Assembly (NCBI GenBank): GCA_964035545.1
Contig: CAXIUT010000053.1
Coordinates: 1-46,579 of the forward strand
DNA length: 46,579 nt
Reading direction: 5' to 3'
Source of the DNA: Bugula neritina
Taxonomy: Eukaryota > Animalia > Bryozoa
The notes under the pieces: model-generated
Seen by the model: only the letters and a program-made list of their open reading frames with translations
Told to the model about the DNA's origin: nothing
The model's database searches: none
Shown here: in pieces, positions 13,331 through 24,723 of the stretch
Numbering within the stretch: the stretch's first letter is position 1
Layout of the letters: every line of letters begins with the position of its first letter
Translations under genes and position numbers: made by a program

Positions 13331-14854
13331 ATGAATGAATAAAACAATCCAAACACTCTTGGCTTTCGTGTACTTACATAATAAAAACGAGAGCATTCAG
13401 TCAATCTCTCTATTGTTAGTTCAGTTGCCAATCCTCTTAGTTCCTATCAACAGCTTCAGCAATTCTTTCAAACCTACTAATCCCAAAATATCAATATGTA
13501 ACAACTTCATAACTCTCCTCATCTAAAACTAAAAAAATATAAAGAAGCAGTTTATTATGGTTAGTTTAACTAGAAACATCGAGAAGGACTAGGTATTATG
13601 TTGTATCATAGCGGACAAAGATTCTAGGGATCATGGAAAGATGATCAAAGACATGGTCATGGAATATAAGTATTTGGAAGTGGAAGTATCTACGAAGGAG
13701 ACTACTTTCAAAATAAAATGCATGGACAAGGAAAGTATATATGGCCTGGCGGGTAGATCTATTAGGGATAGTGGAGTAATAATTTGAAACATGGAACGGG
13801 AATGTGGACCAATAAGGAGGGAGATTCATATATAGGATAGTGGTAAGAAGGAAAAGCAACAGGATTTGGTGTATATTTGTAAGTTAATGCTAGTTAGTAT
13901 GAAGGTAGTTTTATTGATTTTGTTAAAAATGGAAAAGGAAATTAAAAGTTTTCATCTGGAGATCTTTATAAAGGACACTATACTAACGGTAAATTTGATG
14001 GAGCAGGAGATTACTACTGGAAAGATGGTAGTTTTTATAAAGGATAGTTTCAAAGTGGTTTAAAACATGGTTTTGGAGTATTTTATAAAGCATAAAATAA
14101 TGATAAATACGAAGGATAATTTGTTTCTAACCGTAGATAAGGCTATGGAATATATTCTTGGGGCTGTGGTGACGTATATAAAGGACAGTATCATGCCAAT
14201 CTTAGACATGGGAATGGATAAATGTTTTGGGCTGATGGAACATTCTATAAAGGAGCTTGGTTGGCTGATAAACCTAATGGAAAAGGAGACCTTTTTGATG
14301 GTCAGCATATAGTTAAAGGTGTTTTTCAAGATGGATAGCTAATTTAATATCAAGGAGATTAAGATAATAGAGGACTTAGCAACCTTTATATGGATAATGC
14401 TCGTACAACAGAACGTATGATTGTAACTCCAATCCGCAAAATAACTGATGAAACTATTTCAAGGACACAACCGAGAAGAAGACTTATTTTATCTCAAGTA
14501 TAAAGAGATGGATAAGTTCGATAGATACGAAACACAAAAAGTAAGAAGTATAGCTAAAGTCCTTTACTTAAAGAATCATTTGTAAGAAAGAAATTAAGGC
14601 AAACTATTGCTTTATAACCTAGAATAAATAGTAGAAATAACAGTAAATAGAGAGATACTACAAGAGCTAAATCAAATAGTAAATAAAAAGTATTGCACTC
14701 AGCTTTTCAAATTCATAGATTATACAATAATAAGCAATTAAAGAGTCTTAGAGGCTAAAAGGCGATATAGCAGACAGCTGATAGTAAAGATCAATTTGCT
14801 TTTACAAGAAATGGACAATTTTAAAGAACTAGATATCATTCAAAATTAGATTGA
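13331..14854 (+). CDS. MORN-repeat protein (507 aa)
   Basis: Multiple Y/FxGxWxxxxxHGxG repeats, e.g. RFEGSWKDDQRHGHG, IYEGDY. Confidence 0.92.
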
Positions 14855-14947
14855 TATTTCTGGCGAAGATGATAGTTAATATTATTGGGAATATGAAATA
14901 AAATTTAAGATATTAATTAAAGTTGAAACCAACTTTTATCATAAATT

Positions 14948-17900
14948 ATGTTAGTCAGAAAACTCGCGTCTATCGCACCTCTCACCACTCCTTTTTATGC
15001 CTTTGGAGTTGATGCAAAACAATTGCTCATAGGTGTTCCTAAAGAAGTTCAACAAAATGAAACTAGAGTTGCCATCACTCCTGAAGCCATTCAAAAAATG
15101 ATAAAAAAAAATGGCATAAACTTCCTTGTTGAATAAGGTGCTGGAAAAGGAGCATCTATTTCAGATCAAGATTATATAAATGCTGGAGCTAAGATTGGAT
15201 CAGCCAAAGAAGCCCTTGGAGCTGATGTTGTTCTAAAGGTAAGACCACCTATGGAAAATCCAAGTTTAGGAGGAGACCATGAAGTCAACCATATCAAAGA
15301 AGGATCAACTCTTATATCTTTCCTTACACCTGGTCAAAATAAAGACCTCGTCAACAAAATCAAAGATCAAAATATAACATCATTCGCTATGGATCAAATC
15401 CCTAGAATCACAAGAGCACAAACCTTTGATGCTCTATCTTCAATGGCTAACACAGCAGGATATAAAGCTGTTATTATGGCTGCTTAAAACTTTGGAAGAT
15501 TTTTTACAGGACAGATGACTGCAGCTGGTAAACTTCCTCCTGCTAAAATTTTAGTCCTTGGTGGAGGAGTTGCAGGTCTCGCTGCTATTGCAACTGCTAA
15601 ATCTCTTGGTGCCATCGTAAGAGGTTTCGATGTTAGACCTGCTGTTAAAGAGCAAGTATAATCTCTTGGAGCTGAGTTTATCGAAGTTAAAGGAATCCAA
15701 GAATCAGGAGCTGGTTCAGGAGGATATGCTAAAGAGGCTAGCAAAGAATTCCATGAAGCTCAACTTAAATTATTTGCTAAACAATGTTAAGATGTCGATA
15801 TCATCATCACTACTGCTCTTATTCCTGGAAAACCTGCCCCAAAACTGATTACCAAGGAACATATTAATATTCTTAAACCAGGATCAGTAGTTGTTGACTT
15901 AGCAGCATAGGCTGGAGGTAATTGTTAATTGACTGAAAAAGATGCCTTAGTTCACAGTCCTAACGGAGTCAAAATCATTGGATATACTGATCTCCCTTCC
16001 CGTATGAGTGGACAGTCTTCAGCTCTTTATGCTAACAATATCAGCAAATTCTTCCAATCAATGATTAACAAGAGCAATTAATATGATGTAGATCTTAAGG
16101 ATGAAGTCGTAAGAGGATCAATTGTAACTCAAAATAGATAAGTTTTATGGCCTAATCCAAATCCACCTATGCTAGATGCAGCTAAAACTAGTAAACCTAA
16201 AGCTGTGCCTAAAGCTGAGCCAGTACCTGAAAATCTCTTCCAAAAATCACTTAAAAACGCTCTTGGTTTATCAGGAGGTCTTCTCTCAGTTCTTGGATTA
16301 GGATTCGCTTGCACTAATCCAGCTATTTTGACTATGACTAGCATTTTCTCCCTCTCTGTTATTACAGGTTACTTCTCAGTCTGGGGTGTTGCTCCTGCTC
16401 TTCATACTCCTTTGATGTCCATTACTAATGCTATCTCAGGTATTACTGCTGTTGGTGGTCTCTTAATCATGGGAGGTGGCTTCCTTCCTTCAACTTTCAC
16501 ACAAGCTCTTGCCTCATTGGCTGTTTTGATTTCATCAGTTAACATTGCTGGTGGTTTCCTTGTTACTAAACGTATGCTTGATATGTTCAAAAGAAAAACT
16601 GATCCAGATGAGCATAATTACCTTTATGGTATCCCTGCAGCTCTCAGTCTTGGAGCTATCGGACTTGCATATAAAATGGGTGCAGTTTCAGTCTACCAAA
16701 CTGGATATCTTGCTGCTTCCCTCTGCTGTATTGGTGGTATCACTGGTTTAGCTTCTCAATCCACTGCTAGAATTGGTAATGCATTGGGTTTGATTGGTAT
16801 TTCAACTGGTGTAGTAACTGCTTTGGCTTCACTTAACTTCCCAGCTCCTCTTTTCACCCAAGCTCTCGCTCTTCTTCTAGCTGGAGGTACTGCTGGTGTT
16901 GTTTTGGGAAAAAGAGTCGCAGTCACTGAGTTGCCTCAAACTGTTGCTGCTTTCCATGCTTTGGTTGGTTTGGCTGCAGTAGCCACTTCTCTTTCATCAT
17001 ATTGGGGACATGCTGGTGACGTTGAAACTCTTCATAAAATAGCTTCATTCCTTGGTACTTTGATTGGAGGTATCACTTTCACAGGATCAATTGCTGCTTT
17101 TATTAAACTAGCAGCCATTAAATTCACTTTCGAATTACCTTATAAGCAATTCTTAAATAAACCTCTCAGTATCCTCAATGCAGCTGCCCTTACAGCCTTG
17201 GTTGCTTCTGACAGTTCAGCTTTGGGTTCTTTAGCTCTTGTTTATGCTACTTTTTCATCCTTCGCTCTTGGATGGAATATTACTAACTCAATTGGAGCTG
17301 CTGACATGCCAGTTGCTATCACAGTCCTTAATAGTTATTCTGGATGGGCTCTCTGTGCTGAAGGATTTATGTTGGCTAACCCCATGTTAACAATCGTTGG
17401 TTCTCTTATTGGTTCTTCAGGCGCTATTCTATCATATATTATGTGCAGAGCCATGAATAGATCTCTTGAAAACGTTATTTTTGGCAGTTGGACTTCAACT
17501 ACTACCAAAGCCAAAGTGACCTAGCATAGATAACATGTTTAAACTAATGCTGAACAAGTTGGATAAATGCTTGTTAACTCGAAAAATGTTGTTATTGTTC
17601 CAGGATATGGTATGGCTGTTGCTCAAGCTCAATATGCTATTGCTGAGTTAACTAAACTTCTTATTTCTAATGGAATTAAGGTTAGATTTGCCATTCATCC
17701 AGTTGCTGGACGTATGCCAGGTCAAATGAACGTATTGCTTGCTTAGGTCGGAATCCCATATGACATTGTAAAGGAAATGGAAGAAATTAACGATGACTTC
17801 CCTGATGTTGATGTAGTTTTGATTGTTGGAGCTAATGATATTGTTAATTCTTCAGCTCTTGAAGATCCTGATAGTCCTATTGCTGGCATGCCTGTCCTTG

Positions 17901-18067
17901 AGGTCTGGAAATCAAAGAATGTTATTATCAATAAGAGAACTATGGGAACTGGATATGCTGATATTGATAATCCTCTTTTCTTTAAAGAAAATAGTATGAT
18001 GTTGCTTGGAGGAGGAAAAGATGTTTGCGAAAAACTTAGATCTTCTGTGGAAACTCATTATAAATGA
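14948..18067 (+). CDS. NNT: Mitochondrial-type NAD(P)+ transhydrogenase (dI-dII-dIII single chain, 1039 aa)
   Basis: [75 protein letters not shown]. Confidence 0.97.
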
Positions 18068-18348
18068 TCCAATTGTTCCTATTTATCTAATTTTAACCTT
18101 TAAGTGAAGTCTTATTAAAGGAAATTAAAAGATAAGTGAGAGATATATTTAATATATTTATAAATATTTTCTTTTCTAGTTGATTTAAAGGTGAGAATTC
18201 TTGAAATTAAAGCATATGAAAGACTACTTTTTCGGATAATAGAACCTTTGACTTTGATTCCCTGAATTTTATCAAGATTTATCAATTATAAGTTTTTAAC
18301 TTTGAAGTTTAAGAGAACATTAAAAATATAATCTTTATTAAAACCCAC

Positions 18349-18732
18349 ATGTACAGTCATATAAATAATATTCAACAAAATGACTAAGCCCAATATTCTC
18401 CTCATTTCCTTTTCTCTTATCCATCAAACAAATCATTTCAGCAGTTAGAGCAAGAAAAAAACCTTTAAATTTTACACGAAAAAACAGGGCACCTTGTTTC
18501 AGAAATGGGAGGAATTAAGGAAACCTTAGGCATGTTTATCGAAGAAGTAAGGGGCCGACTGAATCAGCTAAGCGATAACGTAGTCTCTATTCAAAGAATC
18601 TCTGCGATTGAGCGGCCTAAAAAAAAGTTTCAAAAGAGTTTCGATTGTTCTGCAAAGGATTGTGGAAAACGATACAGTTCGAAGATAGCTCTCAATTGCC
18701 ATATTCGAAATAAACACAAAAATTAAAAATGA
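18349..18732 (+). CDS. Small coiled-coil + single C2H2 zinc-finger protein (paralog 2)
   Basis: FDCSAKDCGKRYSSKIALNCHIRNKH; aligns with 12171-12602 over the coiled coil and the finger. Confidence 0.8.
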
Positions 18733-18932
18733 TGTTTTAGTTGTTATTATTCTAGAATTTTTATTTGATATTTCATTCATGTTACAATTCATAAATAAAG
18801 TCCAATAATATTAATTAATCAAATATATTTTATATTTATTCTAATTAATGATTTCTTCAAGAATCTAGATATATTACACCATATTTTGCTAAATAATAAC
18901 TACTTAAATAGTAAATAGTAATTGTCAAATCA

Positions 18933-19157
18933 TCATTGTTCTGATTTATCTTCAGGACATTCATTTTATACAATCTATTCTTCTTATTCGACTTCTGAAA
19001 AAAATATTTCAATCTATCCTTTTGTTATTTGCTCCACTATTTTAGCTTTTTAGCCCTATCCAATGAAGATAGCGTTTCTTCTCTTTCCTGTTCTCTTGGG
19101 TAATACTTCTTAAACCTCCACAATCTATTTCTAACTAGCAAGAGTACGGCCACTCAT
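18933..19157 (-). CDS. 74-aa acidic protein with a PKI-like pseudosubstrate motif (RTGKRRNAI)
   Basis: ATG 19157..TGA 18933: MSGRTLASEKEIVEVEEVLPKRTGKRRNAIFIGEGEKAKIVEQITKGEIEIFFSEVEEEEEIVENECPEDKSEQ. Confidence 0.6.
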
Positions 19158-19205
19158 TTTCGATCAATAGAAAACAATATTAAATTATTAGAACTTAAAA
19201 AAATA

Positions 19206-20381
19206 TCATAACTTAAACTTGTTCTTCAATAACATTTTATATATGTTTTTCTATGATTAATTCATCTCTACTCCATGAACATTACTACATAAAGACATTT
19301 GATGCTTCTTGTTAACACTATCACGTTCGTGTTTATTCTGTCGATGACTATCGTCCCATTATTCATTTTTAGAACGGTTGAATGATTTGTTTGATTGACT
19401 TTTTGGTTTGAATTTTGAGTTGAATTTTAAGGGAAGGTCTAGCTTCAAATTAACATAATCTTTTATTGAATCTTTGTAGTGATATTTATTTAGTTGGATT
19501 AGAGAAAGTTCTTTTAAGTAAGGAACGTAGTCTAAATTAAGATTTTTTATTGTTTTTTTAATGACGTTAAAGGATGTGAAAGTATATATAAGTTAGTTGA
19601 AAGAATAATGTTCTTTGGTTGTTTTTTATTTATACTATCTAAGAATTGAAGATAAGTAAGAAAGATCCTGACTGATTTAATCACATTAGTTGAACTTTTT
19701 ATCAAAAAAAGTGATATAACTTTATCTTAGTCTAGTTTATAAAGTCTATACTTATTATTTCATTTCTTGAAATAGGGGTTGGGGTTGGGGTTGGGGTTGG
19801 GGTTGGGGTTGGGGTTGGGGTTGGGGTTGGGGTTGGGGGGTTGGGGTTGGGGTTGGGGTTGGGGTTGGGGTTGGGGGGGTTGGGGTTGGGGTTGGGGTTG
19901 GGGTTGGGGTTGGGGTTTGGGGTTGGGGTTGGGGTTGGGGTTGGGGGGTTGGGTTGTTAGCTCTTTTACAAATACAAATAGAACACACTAACTCCTTAGT
20001 TGATTTGCAGTACATAGTTAATTGCTATTGATGATCTTTGCATTGGATGACAGGTAAAGTTCCATTTTAGTTATCTTCATCATATCCCATTGATTATTTA
20101 TGATAGTTGCCTCGATTATACGATGGTGAGGGAGAGTATTCAACAGTCATTTTAGATTAGCTTTACTTTACTCTTGTACTTTTTTATTTTGGTTCTTGTG
20201 ATATTTTTCTGGATGGAGAGTGGATAGGTGTTCTTGGTCTTTGTTGAGATAAACAGTCAGAACATTTATTTGTGTTTCTATTTAATTTGACACAATGAAA
20301 ACATATTTTATGACCACAGTTAGCATTCATGAGGTTGTAGTAGTGACGTTGGCAGGAATGGCAGCTTCGACTTTATTTCAT
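19206..20381 (-). CDS. RING + B-box-like + coiled-coil (TRIM-like) protein containing an in-frame telomeric tract
   Basis: CHSC...CGHKICFHC...CSDC (C3HC4) and CKDH...YC...VCSIC; 1176-nt frame open across the (PQ/PT)n tract to TGA. Confidence 0.75.
19775..19955 (+). repeat. Internal telomeric tract (GGGGTT)n, ~180 bp
   Basis: Seen directly, with a few G-run irregularities; same polarity as the right telomere. Confidence 0.95.
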
Positions 20382-20464
20382 GGGTTGTTAACTTCTTGTA
20401 ATTTAGTAATAAAACTATTAAAAATAAAAATTATTGATTTTTGCTTATATCAAATCATAGTTAC

Positions 20465-20990
20465 TCAAATATATTGTGTTTGTTCCTTTTTTATTTTATT
20501 TTCAACTTGAATTACTGGCTTTTCTGGTAGTTTTTACTCTATTCCATGAATCAAATTCTTTAACTCTTCTTCTCTCTTATTGATTCTGGTTCTTTCTTGT
20601 CGAATACAGTTCCACATTACATCATACTGATCTTTACATCCTTTTAGGCTGATTTATAATATTAATACTCAATGATTCTTCTTCTGTTTTATGTAGCTAT
20701 TTTCATCAGTGAAAGGCAATACTGCAGCTCACATCCTTTATCTCGACAAATCATCTATGCTACTGTATCAGTCGTTATATTCGGAGAACTTTTTATCTGT
20801 CTATTTTATAAGATGAGAACTTGATGTATGGATTTTATGATTTGCACATTGAATAGAGTTAAAGATGATGTTTTGGTTATTATAGCCTGGCAAGATCTTT
20901 TTTGACATGCTGCCAAAATTTATTATCAGGATTCTACATGAATTCCTTAGAAAGATCTTTCTTGTATCGCTGCCAGTACTGTTCAGTCAT
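20465..20990 (-). CDS. Twin CX9C (CHCH, Cmc4/MTCP1-like) protein, intron 20649-20668
   Basis: CRDKGCELQYC and CKDQYDVMWNC; needs a one-base correction near 20755. Confidence 0.6.
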
Positions 20991-21065
20991 TATGATAAAA
21001 ATATATAAGGTGGTAAATGATATAAGATTATTAAGAGAAAAAATATTGATATTATTAAAGTCAAA

Positions 21066-22384
21066 TCAGGATTATGTTGCTTAGGGATTTCTTCTGCATG
21101 TCTTATAAAAGTTTTATCTATAGAATGAGGTTATGAGATCTCTTTTCCAGACAGGACCATCTTTTGATCCTCTATGATCTTCTATTTATTTTCCTACTTA
21201 TTTTTTTGCTAATATCATCTTATCTAAAACTTTAAATTCGCTAGTTAAGAAGTTAGCTCTCTAAACACACATAGGAAATTGCTGTAAAGGACCATCTTTT
21301 CTCAATGAAAAGTAGTCAGATCTTTTCATTCCTTCATTCTATATCCTAAGACTTTCTTTGAATGTATCATTAAAGAATTTACTTCTACCTGTTTTCATCT
21401 TACTTTAGTTAAATCTCAGAGAAGGTAAATGTTTTCTTTCAGTTGATTGCATGTTTCTTACACTAGATAACTCTGTGCTAGTAGCTAATGGTTTTGTGGA
21501 TTGTTTACTTGTTAGTTTAGATGTTTTTCCTAAATATTCAGATACACTTCTAGATTTTAAAGAATCAAGACATTTTTTCTCAAGAAATTTCATTAACTTG
21601 TTTTGTTTGCTTCTAAAGACTCCTTCGCAGTAGTGTAGAATAAATTTCTTAAAACATTATTACGAAAAATGATAAATGAGGCTATTTTGAGTTTTGCATC
21701 TAGCTGTAAAAGGTCTTAATTCCTGATTTTAAAGAATCTACAATCCTCCAAAGGTACTTCCTACTTAAAATCTAAAGGTCTAAATAAATTAAAAAATACT
21801 TATATTTATTTTCCTTAACTTTATCTGAAATATCCTATCTATCCAGTTCTAACTACATAGATACCAGAACCACTCTATGTGTGAGTCATTTGTTGACCTT
21901 GATAGAAAGCTGTTTCATTTTATTTGAACTGACGAACCTCTGTTAATCTAATAAGTTGCAATAATTTCTTTTTAGGAATTGAACAGAAATATTCTGAACT
22001 TTACCAAAAATTAAGTTATTTTTAAACAGTACTATCTCCCAGAAGTTATATATTTCTATATTTTTGATAATCGAGTATCGCAATAAAATCTCCTTCATTG
22101 ACATTGACTCCTTTTTGTCCAATAATTTGAATAGAGGATGATATTTACTAGTTCTATTATTTAAATCTTATAGCAAATGAATGTTTCGAGTACTCATCAC
22201 AACTGACTGTAGTTGGTCCTTCTCGAACTAATAAGTAAAAAGTTATAAATCTGAGTTTTTGCTGTGATTGAGTAGGAAAGCATTTGGAAATAGCATGGCG
22301 GATTAGTCTATTTTATTGAGGTGTTCGTTATTAATATTTTTTGCGTAGAGATTCTAAAAGGTTGATATTTTTCATACTTGACAT
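21066..22384 (-). CDS. Cyclic nucleotide-binding domain protein (432 aa), intron 21780-21799
   Basis: FKENETAFYQG...IYVVRTGEI...GSTFGGLEIL...RPFTARC; frame closes exactly after removing the 20-nt intron. Confidence 0.8.
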
Positions 22385-22409
22385 GATGAATAAATTTAAT
22401 AATATTACT

Positions 22410-22484
22410 GGGGTTGGGGTTGGGGTTGGGGTTGGGGTTGGGGTTGGGGTTGGGGTTGGGGTTGGGGTTGGGGTTGGGGTTGGG
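22410..22484 (+). repeat. Internal telomeric tract (GGGGTT)n, 75 bp, perfect
   Basis: Seen directly; same polarity as the right telomere. Confidence 0.95.
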
Positions 22485-24168
22485 ACACCTATAAAATAGA
22501 GATATCTGATTTTTGACTTTGCTCTATTTTAGCTCTTCTTTACTCTTCAATAGGAGTACGATGGATGTGTAAATCCATTAAAGGTGAAAAACGATTTAAA
22601 GCTTCAATTAATTCTTGTTGTTTATGCTACAAATTTTGCTTTAAACTTTGAATCTTCTGACTGGCCATCAATAACTAATCTGCTTTGTTTTTCTTTAACT
22701 CTTCAATCATTGATTAGTAGTGAAGAATCAACTCTTTTATTTCGATATCTTACTCTTCATCGTCGATATGTCCTTGAGAGACAGCCAGTTATTCTTTGAC
22801 GATAGGAAGACCACTAGGTCCAATAGCTTCTATACTACCTTTCTTTTCCATTGAGTGAGCTTTGATAATACTGCTTCCTTGAGCATCATCAATATCTTTA
22901 AGAGAACTAGAAGAGTATGAAGAAATATTCATTCCTGATCTTCTTTTAACTCTTGATTCAGTCATCACTTTGGACATTTATTTGGAATGATCTTAGTGCA
23001 TTCGATTAAGGTTATCTTTCAGTTCTTCTATTTCCCTATCTTTGACTTGATTTTGTTCTTTGACATGACTTAGTTATCTTAAAATACTATCTAGTTAGTT
23101 TAAGCGAGTAGCAAGTTCTTCTTGAAGATTGGCTTCAGCTTATTTGAAACCCATTATATCTTCTCTATGATCTCTTTAAAGTTTATCCATTTATCTTTAT
23201 TTTTATTTCAATTGTTCTTCATGATCGATTTTTACTTTAAAGATGGTTTCTTAAAATCTTTTTTAACTATTTTAAGCTTGTTTTTTCAATTTAAGCATTT
23301 CTTTTGTAAAAGATTCAATACTAATATTTTTTTATAAAAGTTCTTAAGCTAATCTAGTCATTTATTTCTCCATAAAGTGATTATTTTATTTACAATATGA
23401 AAGTATACCAATAGTCCTTGACTTTTATAGTTATTTCTTATTTTAAGCATGCTGTATCTATCTGTTTTTTTAGGTTTCAACTGACATTAACTGATTTCTG
23501 AGAATATTATTTTCAGAGATCATATTTTCAATATTTACACTATATTCTGATTATTTTTGTTGACTCAAATAAACCAAATGTTGGTTCTCTCTTTCTTTCT
23601 AACTTAAAAGCTTTTTAGCCAGTTAGAGTTCAGTCACTACTTTTCTTAATTCATCACTTAAGTTTCTTCTTAAAAACTATGTTTCTTCATTTGTAGCTGT
23701 TAAACATTTTCTTTTTAAGTTATCTAGCTCTTCATTCTTACTTGCCTCAATCATTGCTATTTTTTTAGCCATACTGCTAATTTGTTCTCTCAATGTTTGA
23801 CTTTCTCTTTAATAGCCATCTCTCAATAATTTAATATCCCTTTCTTGACTTTACAGTTGAACTTCTTTTGCTTTATTTTGAGCGATAGCTGTAGCAGAGA
23901 TTGATCTCATATTACGTTCCAGCTCTTCTTTTTCTTGTTGAAGTCTTATATTTTAAGCATATTTATAGTTTTATCCCTCTTTAGTCCTCACAAATTAATG
24001 AGCCAGTCGCTAGTTTTATTTTTCAAGAACTTGATTTTGATAGACAAGAGAATTAGATAACCTAAACGCATTATTTTCTTCTAGAATTACTTCTAGAGGT
24101 TTAGTGTAGAACTTTTAATCAAGAGTACGAACAGGAGAGGATGTTCGATATCTACTTGGACTAGACAT
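22485..24168 (-). CDS. Coiled-coil hypothetical protein whose 3' end runs into the telomeric tract
   Basis: ATG at 24168; frame open into the tract (...SILEVSQPQPQP...); first in-frame TGA only at 22372-22374, inside the next gene. Confidence 0.7.
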
Positions 24169-24313
24169 TTTAATAATAAAATTATATCAATCAAAATCCT
24201 TTAATAAAATCTATTTAATTATCTTCTTTTATCTATTAATATCACATTGAATGATAGATAATTTATTATTGTTTCTTTATTTTTTAAAATACAAAGATAA
24301 TATAAATTCAAAA

Positions 24314-24661
24314 ATGGCATAAGTTGCAGGAATAAAAAGTTCACTCGAGCAATTGGATACCTAAATCATTGGAATAAATAATGAATTATCTTAAAATTAA
24401 TTAACTCTACTCAATCTAAAGAACTAACGATCTCGATTATCTTCAATCTTCGAGGCAAGAGTTGAATAGACATAAAGAAATTTTAAAATTGATGTTGCTA
24501 AGTTCGAATAATAGATTAATCATCGATTCAATAATCATAACAACCTAATGAAAATGATGGAACTCAAAGTGGAATAAATTAGAACCAGCCAAGAAGAACT
24601 AGCTATCAGTCTAGCAAGAATTGATTAAAAAGTCAAAGAAATGCAAGAAATGCTCGGATGA
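24314..24661 (+). CDS. Small coiled-coil protein (115 aa)
   Basis: Clean ATG..TGA ORF in code 30 with a heptad pattern. Confidence 0.7.
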
Positions 24662-24723
24662 TAGCGATTCGTTTATATTAATACTATTCGAATTAAGATT
24701 AATAGATATTTTTGGATATTCAA

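Noticed and set aside
15780-15930. Split reassignment (TAA=Lys, TAG=Glu), suggested by QC[TAA]DVD in NNT
   Set aside because: TAA sits at many strongly conserved Glu positions (GGNCE, LRQE, ICGE, SGTE, DLDE), so both codons read as Glu.
19779-19991. Plus-strand (GL/GW)n ORF from the ORF track
   Set aside because: It is simply the translated telomeric repeat on the antisense strand, with a non-ATG start.
22408-22488. Second telomeric tract as a clean 81-nt GT-AG intron
   Set aside because: Splicing still leaves the gene running into the next CDS, and the length conflicts with the 20-nt rule; kept only as a remote option.
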